Assembly: GCA_040954595.2 (NCBI GenBank)
Contig: CM082585.2
Span: 10,519,995 to 10,583,994 of the forward strand
Origin: Balanoglossus misakiensis
Taxonomy: Eukaryota; Animalia; Hemichordata
DNA: 64,000 bases
Reading direction: 5' to 3'
The notes under the pieces were generated by a model that worked only from the letters and a program-made list of their open reading frames with translations, did not search any database and was not told the origin of the DNA. Below, piece by piece: positions 15,001 through 39,496 of the stretch. The position numbers and the translations under genes were made by a program. The first letter of the stretch is position 1; each line of letters begins with the position of its first letter.

Positions 15001-16139
15001 TGAGCTATAACCCATGGTTTTTGCAAAAATCGGCCAAATTTTGAAATTCCCCAAAGTCGAAAAATTCTCATTTTTTGATGATTTTCCTGAGCTATAACCC
15101 ATGGTTTTTGCAAAAATCGGCCAAATTTTGAAATTCCCCAAAGTCGAAAAATTCTCATTTTTGATGATTTTCCTGAGCTATAACCCATCGTTTTTGCAAA
15201 AATCGGCCAAATTTTGAAATTCCCCAAAGTCGAAAAATTCTCATTTTTTGATGATTTTCCTGAGCTATAACCCATCGTTTTTGCAAAAATCGGCCAAATT
15301 TTGAAATTCCCCAAAGTCGAAAAATTCTCATTTTTTGATGATTTTCCTGAGCTATAACCCATGGTTTTTGCAAAAATCGGCCAAATTTTGAAATTCCCTA
15401 AAGTCGAAAAATTCTCATTTTTTTGATGATTTTCCTGAGCTATAACCCATGGTTTTTGCAAAAATCGGCCAAATTTTGAAATTCCCCAAAGTCGAAAAAT
15501 TCTTATTTTTTGATGATTTTCCTGAGCTATAACCCATGGTTTTTGCAAAAATCGGCCAAATTTTGAAATTCCCCAAAGTCGAAAAATTCTCATTTTTTGA
15601 TGATTTTCCTGAGCTATAACCCATGGTTTTTGCAAAAATCGGCCAAATTTTGAAATTCCCCAAAGTCGAAAAATTCTCATTTTTTGATGATTTTCCTGAG
15701 CTATAACCCATGGTTTTTGCAAAAATCGGCCAAATTTTGAAATTCCCCAAAGTCGAAAAATTCTCATTTTTTGATGATTTTCCTGAGCTATAACCCATGG
15801 TTTTTGCAAAAATCGGCCAAATTTTGAAATTCCCCAAAGTCGAAAAATTCTCATTTTTTGATGATTTTCCTGAGCTATAACCCATGGTTTTTGCAAAAAT
15901 CGGCCAAATTTTGAAATTCCCCAAAGTCGAAAAATTCTCATTTTTTGATGATTTTCCTGAGCTATAACCCATGGTTTTTGCAAAAATCGGCCAAATATTG
16001 AAATTCCGCCAAGTAAAAAAATTCTCATTTTTTGATGATTTTCCTGAGCTATAACCCATGATTTTTTCAAAAAATGACGAAATTTTGAAAATTCGCAAAG
16101 TCGAAAAAACGTGTTTTGAAAATGTTCATGAGCTATAAC
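1..16139. repeat. 87-bp tandem satellite array (~185 monomers, open at the window's left edge)
   Basis: Consensus TTTTCCTGAGCTATAACCCATGGTTTTTGCAAAAATCGGCCAAATTTTGAAATTCC(C/G)CAAAGTCGAAAAATTCTCATTTTTTGATGA repeats head-to-tail and is nearly identical over most of the array. The last two monomers (~15990-16139) are degenerate. Confidence 0.99.
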
Positions 16140-16173
16140 TGGGTGGCATACGGTGAATAAATACCGCTACCAT
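16140..16173. repeat. Dyad-symmetric ~34-bp motif at the satellite terminus (copy 1 of a direct repeat)
   Basis: TGGGTGGCATACGGTGAATAAATACCGCTACCAT directly follows the last satellite GAGCTATAAC. It matches 16599-16631 at about 31/34 positions. Confidence 0.85.
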
Positions 16174-16598
16174 GAAAAACATGTCTGAAAATGTTTTTTT
16201 ACGCGATTGTTTGGACAAATGTGCGTATCGTATCTGAGCGCTATTCTGAAAATTGTCCCGTAACCGAGCACCGTCCACCTTGTGTAGCGCATTGACACGA
16301 ATGACCCAGTATAACGCCGCTTTATTTCCCATGAACCATTGGGCCTCGCTGGAAGTGTAATCCTTTGCTGTGACGTAGACGACTGCAAAGGACGCCTCCA
16401 GTGGTCGTTGAGTTAAACGATGACAACGTGACCCGCGGCCATATTTGTGTGTCAAAGTGCAGAGGTCGCGGCGCCGGTATCGCCACCTTTAGTAACGGAT
16501 ACTACGCTAGCTAGCTTTTGCTTTACATTTAGAAGGTTTACTGTCACCTTTGCAAGTTACCATGGTTAATTGAGATATAGCCAATCACAGATTTTCAG

Positions 16599-16631
16599 TG
16601 GGTGGCATACGCGAATAAATACCGCCACCAT
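16599..16631. repeat. Dyad-symmetric ~33-bp motif (copy 2 of the direct repeat)
   Basis: TGGGTGGCATACGCGAATAAATACCGCCACCAT, with GGTGGC...GCCACC inverted arms. It lies about 50 bp upstream of the LIPT2 ATG. Confidence 0.85.
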
Positions 16632-16683
16632 ATGTTCTTTAAAACACTAAGATACGCCGTTTTAGCCATTTCTGGACAGAGTC

Positions 16684-17666
16684 ATGCAGTCTGTTAGGAA
16701 TGTTCTTGTGAGGAATTTGGGACGGATAAAATTCAGCGATGCATGGAGAATCCAACAGGAAGAGGTATGCAAACAGAAAGCCCTTCTGACAAAGAAAAGT
16801 GAGATCGGGAAATCTCAGGACACACTGCTTGTATGTGAACATGATCCGGTTTACACAGTTGGTATCCGGACTAAAGGGTATACGGAAAAGGATGAAGAAA
16901 GCTTGAGGATGTTGGGAGCTGACTTTCACCGGACAGACCGAGGTGGTTTAATTACTTTCCATGGGCCCGGACAATTAGTTGTATATCCCATACTGAATTT
17001 GGCCTATTTCAAGAAAAGCGTCCGCTGGTATGTGTGTCAACTGGAAAAGTGTGTGATCAGAACGTGCGATTTCTATGGCATAGCAGCACAAACAATGCCG
17101 GATACGGGTGTCTGGGTACAACATAACAAGATAGCAGCAATAGGCAAGTACACAGTACTGATCAGTACTATGTTTCTAACTGGGTCAGCAGACAAGCTGG
17201 AAAATTGGGTCTAGACATCTATAATTCACAGTCCCTCTATCGCAGATAGAGGTACTGTGAATCTATTTGATAGTTTGGTCACCACAATACTTCATGCATG
17301 CTTTTTACATGGTCTATGTGTCTGAATGCACAAGTCCTCCTAAGAATTTGTACAGTTTATTCTGTAATAATATTCTGGAAAATAAAAACTAATGTGTTTG
17401 TGGCATTTTTATTTTGTCTGTCCTTTGTAGGTATTCATTGCAGTCGATACATCACTTCACACGGCCTGGCTCTAAACTGCAACACTGATCTGGGATGGTT
17501 TGAACACATCGTACCGTGTGGAATCGAAGACAAGGGTGTCACGTCGCTCACCAAGGAACTCAAACAGGAGGTCACAATTGACAATGCTCTGGAGAAGTTT
17601 TTGACAGCTTTTGAAATGCAATTCAACTGCAGAATTGTTCATGAATCTATGGAAACGTCGATATGA
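16684..17666 (+). CDS. LIPT2: Mitochondrial octanoyltransferase LIPT2/LipB (2 coding exons: 16684-17143, 17431-17666)
   Basis: LipB motifs CEHDPVYTVG, RGGLITFHGPGQLVVYPIL and GVWV...KIAAIG|IHCSRYITSHGLALNC...FEHIVPCG. The intron 17144-17430 is GC-AG (AG|GCAAGT ... TTTGTAG|GT) and joins in frame. Confidence 0.96.
17224..17262. other. Near-perfect intronic hairpin (18-bp stem, 1 mismatch, 3-nt loop)
   Basis: ATTCACAGT-C-CCTCTATC-GCA-GATAGAGG-T-ACTGTGAAT inside the LIPT2 intron. Confidence 0.8.
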
Positions 17667-18171
17667 AGTCATTTTGCTTGACAAGACTGCCCTCACCTCA
17701 CTCGGGTGTAAATGTAATTAGTGGTCAGTGTGTTCATGGTAATTTCTGCATCTTCACATTGCTCCTACAGCACTGTGACCACAACAATATTGCTAAATAA
17801 AATATTCATGACTTACCTCTACTGCATTTATCGCGATTTCTCCTATCCTTGCATGGAACACGCATCACAAGAATTCTTCTGCTAAGACTGTAGATTAGGT
17901 GCACTTTAGATACCTTAGAACTAGTCACACACACACACACATTTGAATCACTTGATATACAGAAAACACAAGTCAGCCGTCTTGAACAGAACACATCGGA
18001 TTTCTATTCAGCTTATCACTGTATAAGTTACATCCACAATGAAAACTATTTAACACAAAATAATTATAATGCTTTCTTTTTCGCACAAACTCTAACATTT
18101 TTATCAAACAGTCTGTGTACTTGAAGTTATACAGTTTGCCAAAGAAAATGTCTGAAGTCAACTGAAAATGC

Positions 18172-18263
18172 AATAAAAGTTTGTTTCTCCTGTTTTTTCA
18201 ATACACAGTGATTACTGGAATAGCTTCTGGACATGTTGCTTACAAGCATGAAAACAATTTATT
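18172..18263. terminator. Candidate convergent polyadenylation signals of LIPT2 (+, AATAAA 18172-18177) and TRIP12 (-, AATAAA 18263-18258)
   Basis: Canonical hexamers on opposite strands between the two stop codons. Another + strand AATAAA sits near 17797. Usage cannot be verified from DNA alone. Confidence 0.4.
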
Positions 18264-19481
18264 TGAAATCTCTAATGGGAAAACTTCTCAGCAGGGCTAA
18301 AAAAATTGAATTCTAAACTTTTCAAAACGTTTAGTATCAAAATAATTCTGCCAATTGTTATATGGATGACATCCACACTGCAAGTTGGACAATATTTGTC
18401 ATACTTATCCTCATGTCAGATTCACCAGTTTTGCCAAGCATGTTGAAAGATAATATGTAAATTTTTGAATCGTATTTTGTCTTGGAATTCTCTCCAAATT
18501 TACTTCCTTGCATCACATGCACAGATCCAAAGTACTGGGACAACATAGGTTTGTTTTACTCATACCTGTATATGTAAAGTTTACATTGTCCTCTACGCCA
18601 ACATGTCACACCAAAATATTCCTTTTGTGGTGTTAGGAGTGGATCCTTCATATCTTTGATCACCATGGATCAGAAGGACTCCCTTTCAAACGAGTTATCT
18701 TAATGAATAACTCTTACATGATGATGATATTAGCTACAGAAGGAATATTTTCTGAATTACCAGGTATGTGCAAAAACAATCATTTGCATTTTTTTTACAA
18801 TATTTCAGAAATATAAATGACATTAGGTCCTTGGATTAGGTTTCAAAGAATACACAGGTTGAGAGCAGGAGATGGGTTTTTTAACAGCGTTCTTTTCCTG
18901 TTGAGGCATCTTTAACACCATTTACTGTAAATCTGTCACACTTACCAATTTTTTTTCACACGCACATCAACAGGCAAATCATGTTTCCCCAAAGAGTGAT
19001 TCACCATTACTCCATGTATGTCCAACACCAGTTTAATTTTCCCCCAAAATAACACAGGCAGAATCCATCCATCCCAGAACAAGCTCACAGCAGAACATTG
19101 GAACCAAGCACAATGAACAAGGTGAAAATAATCCTGGTGAAAAAATCCTCAGCTTGAGGCAAATGTGATCCACTGGACTCGGTTATCATCTTTTGACGCA
19201 CAATCTAGCAACCTGGTTGACAAAAATAAACTTTCAATATATTCTCTCTCGCACTAAAATGGAACTCAGTCGCATATGAAAAAAGTTCCCCCGTTCCATT
19301 TCATTGCATGTAAGCTTCGACATGCCATATTCAAAGCTGCAAAAGTTCTCCACAGTCGCATCTGCCCTTCAGTGTTTTTAAATTACACAGAAAATTGCAC
19401 AAGCTAAATTAACATATCTATAATTTACTGCCACCCAGTTTTACGGCACAGGTTAAAGTGTTCCGACGACATCTCTGTTCA

Positions 19482-33797
<14,316 letters not shown>

Positions 33798-34599
33798 AAT
33801 AAGTCACGACAGTCTTACACGAGTACATGCCCACTTCAGCTTCAATCCTGAAGTAAAAAATTAATAAACTTGTTTGGTTGTGGTTGGTACACAGTACAAG
33901 TGGTTCATGGCAAATGTATATCACAAGGTGGACTATGCACAGAAGGGCTGAACATGGGTAAACATAATCAGGTAATTTTTGCAGTAACTAAGAGTACATG
34001 TCTATGTGTATATGTACAGTGTGTATGTATGTATGTATGTATGCGCGTGTTTGCACACGTGTGCACACATGCATGCATTTACATATGAATGTATGCATTT
34101 GTGAATTTGTGTCTGCAGATGTCTATGATTTTATATGTGACTCAGGTATACATATAAAAATGATATTCACCAACATCACAATAATCATGACAATGGCAAA
34201 TTTATACTTAATACACAAATGTCAGGCTTTTAGTAAGTGTGTTAACGTAAGACCATGGTACCTGCATCAATATCATATATGAGTGCTGTTGGAGTAGCAC
34301 TATGTATCAGCCATTCCCTTTAACTGAAAATCAACATCGGAGAATTCTACAGCAACACAGAGATGTCTGCTGTAGACTTGCCGATGTAAACATTTGTACG
34401 TCATATCCTCGATCAGCGACAACAGCCAATATCACCAGAGTTGTCGCATAATATTTGCGATCGAGTATCATAAAGATTTCAATCTTATCGGTGACATTTT
34501 AAATTGTATATTCACAAAATTCTATATCTATTAATTTCAAGTTAATGTATGCATAAATGTGCCGGAAACGTAATTATGTCGGCTCGAACTGTAGCAAAA

Positions 34600-35755
34600 C
34601 ATAGACTCTGGAAGCCGCCATCTTGAATTTTGCACTAACCTCAATAATCACATCCAAGAAGTTGTGGAAAAAATGAAAAAAATTGAACTACCCCGCATTT
34701 CTCCCCGAGAAAAAGATACGAAACCCACACAATATTAATGTCACAAGACTTTAAATACGGAATGGTGATAGTAACTCTTCTGGCGTGCATTTTTGGGGGC
34801 AAAACGATGGGGCAGACAAAAGAGAGTTCGTCAAAATACGTGTTCCAGCAGACACGAGTGACTCCGACTAGAAATGGTGAATTTACGTTATGTGTGCCTG
34901 GTACGGCGCTCGTTTCCACTTAAATCGGGTAGCTAATAGTTATATACTCGCCAAACTTACGCTAAAGTGTATCTTTCGAAGGAACGCCGGGATTTTCAGG
35001 AATTTTGGAGCATCATACCAAATCGTACCTTTCGCAAAATAACCGCTGCACTACATCCAGCACCCAGCTGTAGTGTATCCTTTCGCAAAAGAATTCGTCA
35101 AATCACAAGGTAATTCGCTAAAGTTTGGCTATTTTCCCCCCTCACCCCATTTTCGATCACATAACCATGATATATATCCACACTTACCTGGTTTTAGAGA
35201 GAGCGTTAGTTACTTTCCTTTATTTAATGTTACATATCATTCCGCGAGAGAGTTGTTTCGTAATGCAATACAGCATAGCCGGTCAACACGTATATCGCAT
35301 CGGATGGCCAACTCCAAGATGGGGCGCCACAAGCGGACTGTGTGAATTTTTATTTTGTTTGAAAGCTATGTAGACGCTTCTCTTGTGAGAAAAGTGACTT
35401 TCCTTCCACGAATTATAGTTAATAAAAAAACGTAGAGAACAACAATACCCCTTTAATTTTGGTTACCCAGTCATGACATTTTACTGGTGAGATCATAAAC
35501 GACTATTTTTCCCCTTTTAGTATTGTTGAGTGATGCCAAAACAATCCAATATGCCATCCTCGTGTGATGATGATGATTTAAGATGATGATGATAAAACAA
35601 ATTGGCCGTCTGGTCTCTGGAGTGTCCGCATCTAGTACCTGAGCCGCATCAGTTATATCTTTCGCAACTTGTATAATTTCCACCAACTTAAGGGTTCACA
35701 AACTCCACTTAACTTGTAAACAAAACTAGGGAAGCAATTCAGTCAAAATGGCGTC
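34600..35755. promoter_or_regulatory. Putative bidirectional promoter of TRIP12/FBXO36, including a likely non-coding TRIP12 exon 1
   Basis: CpG-richer region between divergent genes. Minus-strand donor GAG|GTTAGT at 34639. Perfect YY1 motif CAAGATGGCGGC on the minus strand at 34614-34625. YY1-like CAAAATGGCG overlaps the FBXO36 ATG (35744-35753). Confidence 0.65.
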
Positions 35756-38700
35756 GTTAATGAAAGAAGGCGTAATTCTCGATATCACTGGTCAAGCTCC
35801 TTCACCACTGAAGGATTTTCATCAGTTATGTATTACAAAAGATGAGGTAAGGGACTTTCGCGGCGCTCTGTATATGAATTTTGTGCGACGACAGCGGTCC
35901 GTATTCGTTGCCAACGGCAACGCTTGCAAGTGTTTACGCCTCTGCTCAGGTCAGCGCATGCTAATCGTAGTAATCCGTTGCAGAATGCAAGCGTTGGCGC
36001 TCAAAACAAATCAGTTAGCATGTCATCTCGTTTCGTGACAGAAAACTGCTGGATAAATACGAAAGCTACGGTTTGCATGAAAGAAAGCGCGAGTATTAAA
36101 AGTTTGACAGACAAATGCTCGAATATTTTGTTTTCAATCGTCAACTTGACAACTTGATCATCTGCAAGTTGTGTGTGGCGTCGCGGTAATGTTCATGTCT
36201 TACACAGGGTGATCGTGTAAACACAATACAAGTGTGCGATTCAATTTCATTGTCAGAGCTACAATTAAATATTGAACGATTGTCAGTGTCCCGTATTTGC
36301 CATGTCGGGTCACGATCGGATCATGATCGGATCCACCTGAATCGTAGAGATTCTCCTTTGATAAACTAGTTTTGTGTCAATTGCACGTAGTTCAGGTCGC
36401 TGCACTGGAGTGACCGGGTGGACGAGTTGTTGCGAGCATCAGCCCAGATTCACGACCCCAAAATGGTGTTAACCCTACAATACGGTCACATTACAACAAA
36501 ATAACAATAATAAAACACTTGACGCCCCGTTAAAGTAAATGCCCAAGTGATAACGTTGTCTTTATTATTGTTGTAAGTGAATGTTAAATAAAAATAAACA
36601 AACCAAGTTTGATTTCAGGTGATATGGCGATGGTGGAAGATATCGTTGAGAAACGACAAGAAGGTAGCCCCTGGGGAAGTCAGAGAAACCCATGAAGATT
36701 TCATTTATGATGATAGAATGCACAGTAAGTTTGAACTGTAATAATACCAGGTCTTCTAGTCTCTGTCCCTGAATTGAAATATGTACATACCATGTTCAGG
36801 TTTTTATTGATCCCAACAAAAAAAGTAAGAGCTGTTCTGCCAAGTCTTGAAAATGAGTGAGTTGATCTTTTCTTAACAAAAGACCAAAATTACACTTAAT
36901 GATGCCATTATGGGCACTTTGTTGCTCCTGTTGGCATGGTAACTTACTGTCACCATGGCGATGGATATGGCAACAAAACATTTTTATGACAACATGTCGA
37001 CCTCATTCAAGGTTTGTTTGACTTCAAATGAACCTTTTAGAGTGTAGCAAAGCTTGATATAACAGGTCGTTATTAACTTTTAGTGTTGCTCAGGTATTCA
37101 GCATTTTATAGAGTGGCCTAGCTCATGATGTCACATGCAAAATAGTTGATTGGTGTACAAGCTAGAAAATCTTTAATAGTTGAAAGTTTGCCAGATTAAC
37201 TGCTTGCTGCTTTCTGTTGTCTTATTTTGGAGTCCCATTTGTTTGACCCAGATTCAAAGAGTAGCATTTATAAGCTGTGAATGTTTACTTCAGTCAGCTC
37301 ACAATTGGGTATGCTACATTTAAACAGGCCTGCAGGCTGCTTTTCAATCGAAGCTATAAAAAACACCCAGTGCAAATACAAAGTGCTCCACTCTCCATTT
37401 GGTCTGGTTTTGTTCGCACATGAACAAAGACACTGTCCACTGGTGGAATCAGGCCAGTTCTGGCTTTAACTGAATTCTATGCTATTGACATTTAGTGCCC
37501 TTTGGGTCAGAGCAAGATGTCTTTCATTCTGAGGAACTTAATAACCATCGCTCCAGTGTCCTTACCACACTTTTGGTATAAGAGAGGCTTCGGCCGAAGC
37601 TTAGTGCCAAAAGTTTCCTTTCAAGTCATTTTGTTTGCCAAACTTATTACATGTAACCAAGCACTGTTTGTTTGTTATGACTGACTGCTTTCAGTAGTGG
37701 ATCAGATGTTCAACTTTAGGGGGAAAAGTAAATTAACTTTTTATATAAACCAAAGGGTGAAATTTTAGAAGGCTCTGGGAAAGGAATACCTTCTTTACAA
37801 TCACCTTCATCTTGACTTTCATCCCAGTTCACATTACACACTTTATTGTAGTGCTCAGGCACAGGCCATTCAGGTATAAAGTCTGAAACATTCTCGGGCA
37901 AAATCCGGCATAAAAATCATGTCTGTATGGTTCTCTTATCTACCCTTTTCTTGTTTGTATAAAAATAGTTGCTCTGGTGAAAATAACTTATTATTGGCCC
38001 GCATTGTTTAAACCTACACTATCATCAGTCATGCATGCCCAGATCAGAATTTTTATACGAGGCGGCGCACAATAAGAACACGTGGTTTGATAGAATAGGC
38101 AGCGATTTCAACATTGATTTGAAGGTATGGGTGGTACAATAGGAATTGTTTGTTCCACAATGGAGGATGGGTCAGGTAATGGATCAGGGTCAGTCTGTGC
38201 CACTGCACGTACACCCAGTCTCCAGTGTTGTGTTTTTACAACTCCATTTCGAACATTAGTGGTCTACGTACTCTGGCTTGTTCTTGACATCTTTGTGGTT
38301 CAGTTTGATGGTTTGTACAGAAAATACCACTGTCATGGCCAGCTATTTCTCACCTACCAAAGTTTGCAAAATTTGTGTTAGACTTCTTGGAAAGTTATAC
38401 CACAGACATAGTGTATACATGATGTCCGATGGATGATTCTTGATAAAGATTGATGGGCTTAAGGCTCTGAAATAGAGTACACCCTAAGCCCTTGTATGTT
38501 AACAACACAATGGTTACTAAACAATGGCGCACATTTATTGAACCACTTCATGATTCTTACTCGACCAGTTCATGCTGGTTCCTCTGGGTAGAGTCCCATC
38601 CAAACTGAAATCTGCACTCCGAGCCAAAGGTCACAGTCGTCTGCCCTCAACGGAAATCCGTTGTTGCTAGGATACCGTGAGCCACCTTAAAAATGCCCAC

Positions 38701-39496
38701 TAACCAGCACTCAATCAATGTAATGATTCTTATATTCATCAAGTTTTTCTTCGTCTTCAGGTGAAGTGCGTCGTGTGTTTGGTGAACACTGGTTAGACCA
38801 CTGCAAAAACCTGTGCAAAGGCCACATAGACTACATCGTGCGTATGCCAAAGCCATTGCTCATCTTGCTGGCGTCCTATCTGGAAATTGAAGATGTTGCC
38901 AGCCTGGCACAGACTTGTAAGACTTTCAGAGAAGTAAGTTCATATCGTGTAGTATTCATTCCTGCTTTGTGATGCCCTCTCATGTCCTTGTTGGACAGTC
39001 ACTCTTGGAAAAAAGAATGTTTTCGTCAAATTCTAGACTTGAAAATCACCAGTCATGAGTAAAACCTGACTGAGATTATGAACCATGGTGTCTTTGGTAT
39101 ATACATGTACCACATATAAATGCAGCATTGATGCATGCCAGTGTTATATATGAAACTGATGATGTACAATTGAATTCCAGGTGTGTTCATCTGATCCATT
39201 GTGGGAACGCATCTATGAAGACAATTCTGACTCTGTCACAGATGAAATCAGAGATCTTGCCAAAGATATTGGTTGGAGGGAGCTATTCTTTACCAACAAA
39301 CTGCAGCTACAGGTAAATTGTGTATGCCTTACATGGATCAGGTCGTCTTGTCGTTATGTCAAGTCAGGTACTGAGCAGTTTCAAATTTGACCTTCGATTG
39401 TTTTCACAGTGATTATTCCCAAATTGATTTTTTTTCTCTATCTTGTTGAACTTTCAGGTCAAACTCAGAAGGAAGCGTCACGCAGACCACAAGTAG
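35748..39496 (+). CDS. FBXO36: F-box only protein 36 (exons 35748-35846, 36619-36724, 38761-38933, 39181-39312, 39458-39496)
   Basis: Spliced protein MASLMKEGVILDITGQAPSPLKDFHQLCITKDE|VIWRWWKISLRN...PGEVRETHEDF...NLCKGHIDYIVRMPKPLLILLASYLEIEDVASLAQTC...|...DPLWERIY...GWRELFFTNKLQLQ|VKLRRKR carries the FBXO36 signature motifs (RWWKISLR, FFTNKLQLQ). All introns are GT-AG and in frame. Confidence 0.94.

Noticed and set aside
216-16098. Very long minus-strand ORFs (up to 1356 aa) of 29-aa repeats
   Set aside because: The period 87 is divisible by 3 and two frames happen to lack stops. Frames switch freely at homopolymer indels and variants show no synonymous bias, so these are satellite artefacts.
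1-16139. CRISPR-like array
   Set aside because: There are no unique spacers: monomers are contiguous and near-identical, the context is eukaryotic and no cas genes are present.
16126-16455. 109-aa ORF with faint RPL35a-like words (EAQWFMGNKAALY)
   Set aside because: Similarity is limited to a few residues, there is no true ATG start, and it overlaps the LIPT2 promoter and satellite junction.
16599-16631. Resemblance of GGTGGCATA to the XerC arm of bacterial dif
   Set aside because: No XerD arm or correct spacer, and the context is animal. Likely coincidence.
38420-38472. Possible C/D-box snoRNA in an FBXO36 intron (ATGATGT...CTGA)
   Set aside because: Only about 50 nt, imperfect C box, no terminal stem or recognisable guide.
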